From assembly GCA_025558095.1 (NCBI GenBank), contig JAIVFI010000039.1, positions 1 through 64,000 of the forward strand: a stretch of 64,000 nucleotides of DNA, read 5' to 3'. The notes below the pieces were generated by a model that had not been told where the DNA came from, did no database searches, and saw nothing but the letters and a program-made list of their open reading frames with translations. The position numbers and the translations under genes were made by a program. This stretch comes from Hyaloraphidium curvatum SAG 235-1. Its lineage: Eukaryota; Fungi; Monoblepharomycota. Below, in pieces: positions 24,603-35,954 of this stretch. How positions within the stretch are numbered: position 1 is the stretch's first letter; each line of letters begins with the position of its first letter.

Positions 24603-24739
24603 TGCACTGCCATAGCAAAGTCGTTTGCGCCCGTTCAGACCCGCCGCCCCCGGGATGTCCACGCGGCGGCGAGGCGCGGCCCCAACCGCACTGTCCCCCG
24701 CCTCACTCTGGTGCTCTTCTCTCCGGCCCCTTTCCCACG

Positions 24740-26495
24740 ATGTCCCTCGCCGTCACCCTCGTTCTTTCGGCGGCGGTGCTGCTCCTCCTCGCGGAGCTGT
24801 ACCGCCGCGTCTTCCTCTCGCAGGGCGACTCGGACGCCGTCGCGACCGTCTTTGCGCTGCCCTTCGTCAACCGCCCCGACTTGAAGCGCGTCGACCAAGT
24901 CTTCCTCGTCGACGAGGAGTTCCTCCGCCGCACGGGCAAGAAGATCGTGCGGTTCGTCGACCCGTTCAAGCCGTGGAAGCGGATGCTCCTGGTGGCGGAC
25001 CCCGTCGTGCTGCGGGACGTGTTCGTGGGCCCCAAGTGGGAGGCGTGGAACCGCGGCGCGCCGGCGTTCGCGCCGCACGATCCCTACGCCGGCGGCCTCA
25101 TCTTCATGCCGTTCGTGGTACTCCCGCCGGGGTGCCGGCCCGCTGACACGCTCCCCCAGGAACGGGCAGGAATGGCGCGACGCCCGCGCAATCTTCGACC
25201 GCACCTTCACCACCCCCGCCGTCCGCGGCTACGTCCCCATCCTCAACGATCTGCGCGACACCTTCATGGGCGAGATCGCCAGGGCGCAGAAGGAGTCCTC
25301 GGACGGCTTCTTCGACGTGCAGCCGTACCTCATGCGGTTCACCTTCGAGTGCGGGTGCCCGCAGCCCCGCTCGCACTCGGCCGCTGATCCTTCCGTCCCG
25401 CCTGCAGCACCATCTGCCGTCTCTCCTTCGGCGAGGACCTCAAGGCCCAGACCACGCGCGACGGCCGCGCCCTCCTCACCGCCTGGGAAAAGTGGTTCCA
25501 GGCCTCCAACGTCCTCGTCCTCCTCAACCTGCTCTTCTGGGACTCGGCCTGGGAGAAGCTGGGCGGGCCGCTGCTGAAGCAGTGGAAGGCCGGGCGGGAC
25601 GTGATCTACGGGCTCATCGAGCGCGGGCTCGAAAGGAGGAGGAGGGGCGAGGATCTGGACAGGGTGTCGATCATGGACAATGCGCTGCGGAACGAGAAGC
25701 TGCCGGGGTTCATGAAGGACGATGCGTCTTTCAAGAAGCACATCGCGACGATGCTGTGGGTGCCCATAGCCCGCCCGATCCCGGAACCGCGGCCGACCGC
25801 CGCCCGCCTTCGCGCAGCTTCGCCGGCCACGACACCACCGCCGGCACCCTCGCCCTCGCCATCCACTTCCTCGGGCAGAACCCCGCATGGCAGCAATCCA
25901 TCCGCGAGGAGGTGCTCGCCGCCTGCGGCCCCTCGGCGCCGATATCCCTGGAGCAGCTCGAGAACCTCCCCGCGCTCGCGGCCGTGGTCAAGGAGACCCT
26001 GCGCATGTTCCCCATCGCGCCGAGCGGCGGCGGCCGGTACATGACCGAGGACCTCGAGTACACCTACACCGACGGGGTCGACGGGCGGGAGAAGCGCGTC
26101 TCGTTCCAGAGGGGCGACATCGTGCTGCCCTTTGTGTTTGGCGCGCAGCGGCACCCCGATTTCTGGAAGCAGGATCCGCGGGTGTGGAACCCGCAGCGCT
26201 GGATCGACGATGCCAACGGCGGCGCTAGGAACCTGTACGCCTACGCGCCGTTCGGCAACGGCGCGCGGCGGTGCGTCGGGGAACGGCTGTGGGTACCCCC
26301 TCCTGCGCGGCGCCAGGGGTCGTTGGCTGACGCGTTCACCGGTCCCGCAGGGCCCTGGGCGAGACCAAGCTCATCCTCGCGTCGATGCTGCGCCGGGGCA
26401 GGATCGTCCCGGGGGACTACGTGTTCGAGCCAAAGTCGGACGCGACCATCTCCGCAAAGTACGGCGTGGTTATCAGGCTGGAGCCGCTCGCGTAG
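24740..26495 (+). CDS. cytochrome P450
   Basis: N-terminal TM anchor, I-helix FAGHDTTA, KETLR (ExxR), WNPQRW (PERF) and heme motif FGNGARRCVG; 4 introns. Confidence 0.95.
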
Positions 26496-26697
26496 CGGGG
26501 GCGGGGACGGATGGCGGAGGGGCTTCCGCTGCTCGAACCGCCGCCACGGGCCCAGAGGCACATGTACGCCCCTGCGCCGACGCGGGAAAGACTGGGCCGG
26601 CGAGGGGAGGAAAAGGAAGGGATGGATTACCCTGACGCGTTGCATTACGTCCGTTACGTCCTATAGACACAGCTAGGCGTCCGTCCGTCCGGGGAGG

Positions 26698-28208
26698 TCA
26701 GACGGTGGTGGTTGCAGAGGTCGAGGAGGTGATGGATGTCGAAGAGGTCGCCGTGAGCGACGTCGAAGTGAGGGTCTGGGAGGTCGAGCTCGGGGTGAAG
26801 GAGGTGGAAGTCTGGGTCTGGGATGTCGAGCTCGGTGTGCGCGAGGTCGACGAGGTCTGGGAGAGGGTGGTCGAGGAGGTCAAGGAAAGGGAGGTGGAGG
26901 AGGTGAGCGGGGTGGTGGATGTGCCGGACGTCGTGCCCGAGGTCGTCCGGGACGTGGTGCCCGAGGTGGTCCCAGAGGTGGTGCTGGACGTCGTGGTGAG
27001 CTGTGGGAGCGAGCGGAACGGGTCAGCGCGGATCCGGATCGGGCGCCGGGAGGGGCGGCCAACCGTTGTCGTCGTCACGGTCTCCGTAGCCTGCCGAGGG
27101 GAGTCAGATTGCGCAAAAGGGACGCCAGACCGGTGCAACGCACCGTGGTGGTCGTCGACGGTGTCAACGTCGTCGTCGTCCTGGTGAAAGTGATCGTAAT
27201 TGTTGTGGTTTCTTCCGTCGTCTGCCCGAGGAGTCAGACCCATCGATTGGAGGGGGCGCTCGCACGGCCCCGCAGCGAAAGCAACCCACCACCGTCTCCG
27301 TCTCCGTCTCGGTCGGAACCTCCGTCACCACGGCCGTGCTCGTCGTCACCGCCGTCGTGCGCGTCGGGCAGCACGCCCTGTTCTCGTCCCCCGTGCTGTC
27401 CCTCGGCTGGATGAAGTTGTCGTCGGGGCAGTCCGTGCACAGGTGCCGCCTGAACAGCCTCGCGTGGCGGTCGCCCTCGGCGTCGGCAAACGGGTCGTCC
27501 TCCGCCGCGCGGCGCCGGTTCGGGAGCACGATGAGCGTCTTGAGCGCCCACACGGGGCGGGTAGTCGGCGGCCGGCGCGTGGCCGCCGGGGCGCCGGCGG
27601 CTCCCGGCGCCGGCTCCAGGGCCGCGTTGACGTTGCCGATCCGCAGCCCGGCGGTGGTCCGCGGGATCCGGCGCGTGGTGCGCTTCTTCAGGCCGATGCG
27701 GGGCTGCACGAGCGGGTCGCGGAACTCGGTGACGGTGACCGTGGCGGTTACTTCGGTCTCGGTGACGGTCTCGGTTACGGGATCCGCCGTCTCGGTCGTC
27801 GTGGTGACGGTGGTCCGGGTGAAGAGCGTCCGGCGGGAAGCGCAGCTGCGAGCGGGGCGGTCAGGTCAGGCTGCGCCCCGACGCCGCACAGTGTCCGCCA
27901 GCTCACCAGCAATTCAGCGGGTTGCTGTACTTGCAGCCCGGGCAGCTGTACGGGGGCGAGAAGGGCGGGTCAGACCGTGCGCGGGAGAGGCACGGCCCCG
28001 CCCGAATCGCGGCCGCCGGGCCCCGCCGCCTTCGGCACACCCACCAAGTCTCCCCCTTAATCCACGCCCCCGTCCAGCCGGCCCCGATGTCGGTCTCGCC
28101 GTCGTTCGTGCGCCGGCCGAGCGCGGCGCCGCCGGCCGCGCCGGCCACCGCGGCGGCCAGCGGCGCGCCCATCCCGGCCCACACCGCAACGATCGTCGCG
28201 ATGCGCAT
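26698..28208 (-). CDS. secreted Ser/Thr-rich mucin-like protein, multi-exon
   Basis: Signal-like N-terminus, short Cys motifs (CPGCKYSNPLNC; CTDCPDD..CCP), TETVT and TTSG/TSST repeats. The exon structure is only partly resolved. Confidence 0.6.
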
Positions 28209-28514
28209 ATCGCCGGTGTGTGTGCGGCCTCGCGGCCCGCAGGGAAGGCGGCGGGGTGGTCGGGAGGGGGTGGGGGATCGTCTCGCGAGTCACCTTTGCG
28301 GAAGGGCGCCAAATTGGGACGAGCCTCGCTTCCCGCGGATTCCGCGCACACTATTGGCCCCAAAATCGGGCCCGTGTACCACAAAGTGGTGCTTCGCTAG
28401 ACGATGCTGCTCCGGGGATTCCAGGCGGTATCCCAAGTGGCCCTCGCGGATGCCAACTTCAAACACGGTACCACACCGCGGCGCAGTCTCCCTCCGCACC
28501 GCACAGCGCCCCGG

Positions 28515-29639
28515 CTAGATCTCGAACCCGACCTGCACCCTCGCCCTCCCCCCACCCCCGTCCCAGTTCCTCTCCGCCTCGGTCCCGACCAGCATCCCCG
28601 ACTCCCAATCCTCCACCGTCCCCCCCTGCCCCTCGAACGGCCGTCCCTCCGGCGCCAGCGCCCAGTACGCCTCGCCCAGCGACCCGGGCCGCATCGGCCT
28701 GTCCAAGGCGAGCTCGAGCGGGGTGGGGCGGCTGCCGAACGCCGCGGCCTGCTGGTCGGGCGGGGGGACGGCGAGGTACGGCCGGGGATCGCGGGTGCGC
28801 GGGGGGGAGGGGGTGCGGGTGCGGGAGGAGGAGGCGGGGGGAGGGAAGATGCGCCGGAAGAAGGGGGCGCCGCCGCGGGGGCGGGGTGCGCCGCGGGGGG
28901 CGGGCGCGGAGGGGGAAGGGTGGGAGGGGGGGCGGATTTGGGAGGAGCGCGGGGGCCGCGCGGGGCGGTCCGCGTTGCGAGGGGGACGGGGAGGGCGGGG
29001 GGCGGGGGGGGAGGTGGAGGAGGGGTAGGTGGTTGGGTTCGATGGCTGGAGGGTAGGAGGGCGGGGTTGGGGAGAAGAGGCGCGGAGGGAGGGGGATTGG
29101 GCCGCCTGTGGCGCGGCGATCTTTGCGGGGACGTCCTTCGGTTCCGGTTCGATGGGAGTCGAGTCCACCGGCGGGTTGTCCGGATCCAGGGCGGGCGTGC
29201 CTGGTGTCCCAGGCGTGCCCGGTCCCGCCTGGGGCTGCAGGGCCGGCTGCGGGGTGCCCGACCTCTCGGGTGCCGGCGACCCGCGCGACGACGACGGGCT
29301 GCCGGCCCTGCCCCGCGCGTCCGCCCGCAGCAGCGCGTCCATTGTCGCCAGCAGCTCCCTCTCCGTGTGCCCGTCGCTCTTTGCAAAGTGCCCGCGGATC
29401 TGCTCCCACACGGCCGAGTAGCGCTGCGTGCCTGCGGGCTGCCTGCGTTCCTGCGCGACCAGCTGCGCGAGCACCGACGCGGCGCCCTTTGCAGCGGCCA
29501 GGCGGGCGTCCTTTGGTTGGGCGAGGAACGACGCGACGTCGCCGAACGCGGGCGCCGCCAAAGTGCGCTGCGCCGCGTCGCCGTAGAGCTGCGCCAATAG
29601 CGGCATGATGGCCGCCTGAACGTTGGCGACGGGCGCCAT
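28515..29639 (-). CDS. hypothetical protein (helical N-terminus, Pro-rich middle)
   Basis: Open frame from ATG 29639 with protein-like N- and C-terminal segments; no family recognised. Confidence 0.5.
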   Translation of the reverse strand: MAPVANVQAAIMPLLAQLYGDAAQRTLAAPAFGDVASFLAQPKDARLAAAKGAASVLAQLVAQERRQPAGTQRYSAVWEQIRGHFAKSDGHTERELLATMDALLRADARGRAGSPSSSRGSPAPERSGTPQPALQPQAGPGTPGTPGTPALDPDNPPVDSTPIEPEPKDVPAKIAAPQAAQSPSLRASSPQPRPPTLQPSNPTTYPSSTSPPAPRPPRPPRNADRPARPPRSSQIRPPSHPSPSAPAPRGAPRPRGGAPFFRRIFPPPASSSRTRTPSPPRTRDPRPYLAVPPPDQQAAAFGSRPTPLELALDRPMRPGSLGEAYWALAPEGRPFEGQGGTVEDWESGMLVGTEAERNWDGGGGRARVQVGFEI

Positions 29640-29755
29640 TCCGGGCGTGCGTTGGCAGGCCGGGCAAGGGATTGGTCTCAACACGGAGGCAATAAGCAAA
29701 CAGTAGCCCGGTCGGCCGACGGAGCTTCGGCAGCGGGAAACTGGACATCCGGAAT

Positions 29756-30637
29756 GTGCGACGCCGTGGCCCGTCGGGCGTGCAAGGCGCTGCCGCGGCT
29801 GCCGCTGCACACGCTTTCGGGACGGACGACTCGGCCGGGCTATCCCCGGCAGTCGACGCCCTGCTGGCGGCCCTCGACGAGCTGCGTGCGCTGGACCCGC
29901 GCAGGGACCGCCACATGCCCCAGGATGTCGCCGCCCGCACCGCTCTGGCCGTGTTCGTGCGTGCCCTGCTCGCGGTCCTCGCGCGCGCCCCCGGCCTGGA
30001 CGGTCACGTCGTCCTGGCCGCCAGTGTCCTCGGCGCCCTGGCTTCGCCGTCCCGCCCGGCGCGCCGCCGCCTCTCCGACGCCCCGGCACTTCTCGACCGC
30101 CTCGCGCAGCTCGCTCTGGGCCTGCCCGACACCTGGGGCGCCGCGGACGACGCCTCGGCTCCCGATCGGCTGCAGATCCGCGCCCGCATGCTGATGGAGG
30201 CCACAACCGCGCTGCTTCTGGCGGCTCTCGAGAACCCGGTGCCGTGGGCCACCCACACGCGCGGCCTCCTCGCCAGCGGCTCCCAAGCCCCTGCCGAGGC
30301 CCTCTCGCTGAACCTCCCTCGCCTCGCCCACCTCCCCGAAGACCCGGATGCCCCGGCCGGACCCGACTCCGACCCGCGCGGACTCCTGGCCCGTGCCGCC
30401 GGCGTCCTGGGGCGCACCGTGCTGGGCTCGCGGTCCGGCTTCGCCGCGATGGTGGACAAAGGGGACCTGAAGCGCATGCTGCATGGGGGCGGTGTTCCGG
30501 ACGGTTGCGACAGGTGCGGAGCCGAGGGCGGGGAGCTGCTGAGGTGCGGAGGATGCAAGCTGACGCGCTACTGCGGGGTCGCTTGCCAACGGGCAGACTG
30601 GGCGGGGCACAAGAGAATTTGCTGGGAGTGGTTTTGA
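29756..30637 (+). CDS. MYND zinc-finger protein
   Basis: Complete MYND: CDRCGAEGGELLRCGGCKLTRYCGVACQRADWAGHKRIC. The 5' start is uncertain (ATG at 29754 is out of frame). Confidence 0.8.
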   Translation: MRRRGPSGVQGAAAAAAAHAFGTDDSAGLSPAVDALLAALDELRALDPRRDRHMPQDVAARTALAVFVRALLAVLARAPGLDGHVVLAASVLGALASPSRPARRRLSDAPALLDRLAQLALGLPDTWGAADDASAPDRLQIRARMLMEATTALLLAALENPVPWATHTRGLLASGSQAPAEALSLNLPRLAHLPEDPDAPAGPDSDPRGLLARAAGVLGRTVLGSRSGFAAMVDKGDLKRMLHGGGVPDGCDRCGAEGGELLRCGGCKLTRYCGVACQRADWAGHKRICWEWF

Positions 30638-30689
30638 TGGTCGCCGGCCCCTTCGAATTGGATTTGCAGGGCGCATAGATTGGATTCTG

Positions 30690-31180
30690 ATGTTGTAGAG
30701 CCTGGTGCAGACCAGCAAGCTCTGGGGAGGCCGTTCGTCGAGGGTCCATGGTTCGCCCGACCAAGCGTCGAGCGAGCCGAACGCCACCCGGCGCTCAACC
30801 GAGGCCCGTCCGACAAACGGGCCGGCCAGGGCGAGGAACAGCGGCCAAACGGCGCGGAAAATGACCAGGGCCGCGCGGGCGGCGGCGTCTTCGGGTGCCG
30901 GGCCCGACGGCACGGGCCACCCGGCCGAACGGAAGAACTCGGCGGGCCCGGCCGCCGGCAGCCTGAAGACCTGCTGCAGATGGAACGCGGCCTGCAGCAG
31001 CTCCAACAGCGGTTCGCGCATTGCGGCGGCCGGGTCCGCGGCGCCGGTGTTGTCGGCCGTGCGCAGGAACGAGTCCACCGCGGCGCGGGCTTCGGCAACA
31101 AGGCCCAAAACCCGGGCGACCACGGCGTCGATCATTTCCGTCGTCCACCCGGACGACGTTGTCGCTTCCGCGGCGGCCAT
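30690..31180 (-). pseudogene. 3'-truncated member of the MYND-associated family
   Basis: GWTTEMIDAVV, AARAALVIFRAVWP and FGSLDAWSGEPWT match the family at 296-1408 (RAALDVFRGSWP; WGAVDAAKGEPWT), then homology stops. Confidence 0.55.
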
Positions 31181-31204
31181 CGCGCGATACTCGTCGACGC
31201 GATC

Positions 31205-31216
31205 GCGGCCGGTTGT
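31205..31216. repeat. retrotransposon TSD, left copy (GCGGCCGGTTGT)
   Basis: Identical to 43827-43838; the bases on either side differ. Confidence 0.85.
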
Positions 31217-31261
31217 GTGTAATGAGGAGCTAGCAATCCCACCGTACACTTAGAAATCCCC

Positions 31262-34200
31262 CTACGCCCCAAGAATCAGCTCCTCATCTACATTCAAACC
31301 AAATGCGACCGGCGCGGGGGCCGGAGCGTTGACAGCGGCGGCTTCGGTGCACAGCTGAAGCCAGTGTTGGAGTTGGGCCGCGACGCCAAGAGCCCAGGCC
31401 ACCGCGATCCGTTCGCGGAAGCGCCGCACAAAACGAGAGTAAAGGCCATCGAGGTCCACGGGCTGCCCATCGCGGCCGACGATCCCGGGATACTGGATGC
31501 GCCCCATCTCCGAGGAGAAGCGCGAGAAAGTGGCAGAGACAGCGCTGTACGAATCAAAAGCAAGCACGATCAGAGGGTAGAAGTTGGCGTTGAAGACGAA
31601 ACGGGAGTAGTCCTTCCTGGCGGCCTCGACCCGCCGTTCGACTGCGTGGCCCGGGACCGAGAAGACCAGGCCCGTGTGCAAATGGGCCATAGAGGTGAGG
31701 GTCTTGATCTTGAGCAACCACCGTTTCCGGGTTTCGCGGTGCGTGATGAGAACGTCGCCAAGGCGGCCAGCATCCGCAGGCGTGGGCGGGGTGACAGTCT
31801 CGTAGCCATGCGCAAGGAGGTTTGGCGGCATGGGGTGCACGCGGAGGAGCGGGATGGAGCGAAGCGCCGCGCGGATGGCCGCGCAAATGTCGTCGTGACC
31901 AGGACTGAAGAGATCCCGGCCATAGCAGCCCGAGAACGCGTGCTCCCCCGTCAGCGACATGGCCGATCGCTTGCAGCCCCGCCGGCAGGGCAAGGAAAGA
32001 CCAGGGTAGTCGGCCTCGTGCAGGAGCGGGAGGCAAAGCCGGAAGCGTACAAGTAAGCGGAAAAAGTTGTTGCGAATGTGGTTGGCAAGCAGCGCGGGAG
32101 AGGCAGTCAGGAAAGCCGACAGGCCGTCCTGCGCCTGGACGAGCCGCTTGCGGCGCTCCAGACCAGCGGAAGTGGTGGGTTGCAAGGCAATCAGAGCCGC
32201 GAGGCGGCGCTGGTCCTCGAGACGCGTAAGGTCGCTCTGCAGGCCGTGCCAAACCGGCTGGGCGAAGAAACTGGCGTCCGCAGGGAGCGTACGGCGGGCG
32301 GGCGCGGCGCCCACCGGTTGCCCAGCACGCGCAGCCTCGGCGTACGCTGCGGCCGTGTCATCCTCGACACGCTCAAAGGCGGGGCGGAGGGCCTAGATGA
32401 CGGGAACCAGTTCCCGCACGTGCTCCACGCCCACACCCCGGGCCGAGGTTCGAAGACCAAGCATGGCGTCCAAGGGGCCCGCCGTGAGGTTGAGTGAAGA
32501 CAGGTAAGCCGCCGAGGCCACCTTCTCCGATGACAGAAGCCCCATCCCCGAGTAGTGCAGACCCAAGAATACCTGCTCCCGCACAGTCCGACCCTCCACC
32601 GACAGCGGATCCAGATCCTCGGCCCGATCTCCCAGCAAGCGCAAGAAGGTGGTGAAAAGCGCGTTGTCAAGACGTCGAGCAAAGGGTTGGGTAACCGAGG
32701 GGGGGAGAATGCGGAGCCAAAACGAGAAGAGCTGGGTCACACAGAGACGGAGGAGGGAGTACAGGCCCTGGAGGGAGGGGATGTCGGCCGGCATGGCGTA
32801 GCCGAGCGCAGCGCGCTCGATTTCATCGAGAAGAGCGGCAATGGAGTCGATCTTGGCCGCGAGGAACGACTCCACATAGGCAGGGGTGCCGACCGGGGCA
32901 CCTACCACCTTGAGGCCGCACGAGCGAGCGAAGTCAGGCGAGCCCGGGGCCGACGCCGTGGCATGCACCTCGGGGTCGGCCTCGTGAGGCGGGAAGCCAG
33001 CGACGCGGATGTTGTGGGCCGCACCGGCCGCGCGCACCCGCTCCAGCACGGCCGGGTTCGTCGAGAGCGAAAGCAGGTAGCTCTTGTCCGGGCGGTGGGT
33101 CATGCCGAGGGAAGCAAGGCCGTCACGCACCTCTCCCAGGACGGCCATGACCGAGTCCAGCGGCCCGACCACGGTGAGGTCGTCGAGGTACCCAAGGATG
33201 AGGCAGTCGGGGTGCCCAGAGCGGATGGGCCGCAGCATGTGGCTCATGGCGCAGGAGAAGATGGCAGACGACAGCGGGTCGCCCTGGATGTTGCCCTCGT
33301 ACATGGTGATCCGGAAAAGGAGCTCCGCCGAGCGCCGGTCGCGGAAGTAGGCGTGGGAAGGGCGCGAGTAAACGAGGTTGTAGTACGGGATAAGCTGGGG
33401 CACCTGGCGGACCACCTCGCGCGCGAAGAGGCGGCGCAGCGTATTTAAGGCGTTCCTAGAGTCGACCTTCATGACGACGTGGTCGGGGAAGGCCGCCAGC
33501 CACGCGTTCACCGCGTGGGCGGTCGCCTCCGCGCCCCCGTCCACCCCGTGACCCAGGTCCTCCTGCTGTTGGAGCTTCCGCAGAAGAGCCTTGTGCCGCA
33601 CGGCCAGGTACGAGCCTGCTAGCCGCGTGATGCCCTCCATAATGCCAATCGGCCGGAGGCCCCCCACCGGCTTGAGCAGAGGGACGAGGATTTGATCCGT
33701 GAGGAGCGGCCGGAGCATGGGGGTGTCGAGTCGGCCAGTGCACACGCCGTGCACCATGGCCGCCAGCGGGCGGAGCTTCCGCCGCGTCGCGTCGTTCTCG
33801 CAGTTGTGCACGATGAAAAGTTTGGCCATGCTGAAACCCGACATGCCGGCCCCCACGCCGTCCTTCTTCCGGCGCAACCGGGCCCAGATGTCCTCCAGGA
33901 AAGCCGCGTCCGTGTAGGCAGGGCAGGGCGCGGGCGCGTTGGGGGGCAGAGACAGCCGACACAGCGGCTCTCCCTCCCGCGGCCCCGGGTACAGCTCCTC
34001 CAGTTCCGCCTGCAGCGTGGGCGTGAAGCCAGCCGGAACGGCCTCCCCCGAGAGCGCCGCGGACGCAGCACCAGGAGCGCCCTTCAAGGCGGCAAGCACG
34101 ATGGCCTTGAAGAGCTGGTAGTTGAGCGGCCGCAGCCCGTCCCGCCGCGCGCCCCGGTTGACCTGACGGGCGGCGAAGTAGTTCTGCTCGTACATGTAGT

Positions 34201-34910
34201 CCCCCGACATGACGTAGCCGCCAAACGCAAGGTAGGCGGTGAGAGTGCGGTGCAGGTCGGTTTCCGGTGCCGCCGGGTCCTCGTAGGCCCGTTGGAAAGA
34301 CTCGCTGGCCCGGAAGGCGAGCGTGCTCCAGGTGGTGGTCCGGTAGCGGTGCTTCAGCGGCTCCGGCGGCGGCGCCCCCGCGCCCCCGCCCGGCGGCGGA
34401 TCAGGCCCGGGACCCCCGGGTGGACCACCGTCGCCTGGGTCGCCCGGATCACCGCCGTTGCCGTGCCCGCCAGCCGCGGCGTTGCCGCCCGGCGCGCCGT
34501 CGCCGCCTGGGGGATCACCGCCGTCCGGGGCGGCACGCGCCGCCGCCGCCGCCGCCGCCAGCGCCGCCCGTTGCGCCTGGACGTCCTGCGGGGCGTCGGC
34601 CGCAACCCGGGCGGCCGCAAGGGCCGCCATCAGCGCGGGCGCGGGTGGCAAAGCACGGGGAGATGCCGACGATGCCGCCGGTGACGCCGGTCCCTCCGCG
34701 CGTCCCGTGGCAGCCGCCCGCTCGGCACGCACGCGGTCGAGGAACTCGACGAGATCGGGTGGAAGCGAAGCTAAAGAGACGCCGAGTGGCGGGTTAGCTG
34801 CGTCCGGGTTGCACGAGGTGTGCTGTCCAGAAACACCGGCACCAGAGCCGTTTGCGGCGTAGGGACGCCGGCAACCCCCGCACCGCGCGAGCCCCATGGC
34901 GCGCAACGCA
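31262..34910 (-). pseudogene. pol ORF, 3' part: reverse transcriptase + CCHC finger + restriction-like endonuclease, with an in-frame TAG
   Basis: RT motifs LLKPVGGLRPIGIMEGITRL, KVDSRNALNTL, GNIQGDPLS, GYLDDLTVVG and KVVGAPVG. TAG at 32393-32395 is in frame with 31262..32314, which has CRRGC..EHAFSGC, GHDDI, RLGDV..LLKIKT and FYPLIVLAFDSY. Confidence 0.9.
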
Positions 34911-34915
34911 TCGGC

Positions 34916-35688
34916 TGGGAGAGCGGTAGTGGGAGAGAGAGAGACCACGGCAGGCTTACGCCAGCCGGCCCGCTGTGGTCCAGCGGGCTCGGAAAGATGG
35001 TCTTGTGGCTGGCCTTGTCGACGTGGACCTCGTCTTCCCCGTCTTTGTACCCTCTCCCGCAACTTGCTAAGCAAAGTGCTTAGCATCTTGCTTAGCTCTT
35101 TGTTTCTTTCTTTTCTTGTTCTTCTTTTCTCTTCTTTTTCTTCTTTCCTTATCACTAAATGCTCTTGGTTGGCTATTGGTTGGGTTATTGGTTGGGTTGT
35201 ATATAAGAATTGGTCGGGTTGGCTGGGTTGGTCGGGTTTTTCTACCTTTGGCTCTGTTACAAACTTTTTTGGCCTTTCATACCCTACTCCCTCTTTATTC
35301 CCACTCTAACTCTGAATAACCCAGCCAACCCAGCCAACTCAACCAACTGCTTTTTCTTCCCTTTTCTTGCTTCTTTTGTTCTTGCCTCTCTACTCCTTCT
35401 AGCTTTCCTTTTACTACCCTCTTTTGACCCAACCTTTACCCATCCAACCCAACCAATTCACTTCCTTGCCGAGTGTGCTGCTTTTACTCCCATAGCGCTT
35501 CGCCCAACCACCTAGCCTTTTCTCCCTTTCCCCGCCACTCTTTCCCCGCCACCCTTTCCCCGCCACCCAACGGAACTTCGTTCCTACCACATGACTCAGC
35601 GAAGCTGTTACACCCAACCACGTGGTTTGGCGTAGCCATTTCTCCCTTTCCCCACCACCCTTTCTCCCCCTACCCACCCCGCCTCCCA
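34916..35688 (+). repeat. left terminal inverted repeat, 773 bp
   Basis: Reverse complement of 39771-40543; one mismatch found (35612 vs 39847). Confidence 0.95.
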
Positions 35689-35954
35689 TATGGCTTCGCC
35701 AAGTCACCTTTGTTTTGACGTAGTCATTTACTTCGTGAATGTTTGTGCTTGATGAATCTAGAAGGGATACACCAGAAGATACTTGGAGTGAAGGATTTGA
35801 AGATTCAGACACTGAAATCTAAAATAGAAAGTTTCTTCGCCAATTCACGTAGTCGTTTCGTCGTTTTGCTTAGCAATCCCCCTCTCTTTTTCTTTTTCAA
35901 GTTGCCTTTGTTTTTTCATGCTCGCTTCTTTCTCCTGCTTTATTAGGTCTGCAA

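Noticed and set aside
32393-35155. 920-aa ORF as a native gene
   Set aside because: Its first ~80 codons are TIR sequence; the true N-terminus lies at 40806-40544.
35116-35812. Short ORFs in the TIRs, and the 39642-39986 extension of the HEPN-like ORF
   Set aside because: Low-complexity translations mirrored in both TIRs, with non-ATG starts and no protein features.
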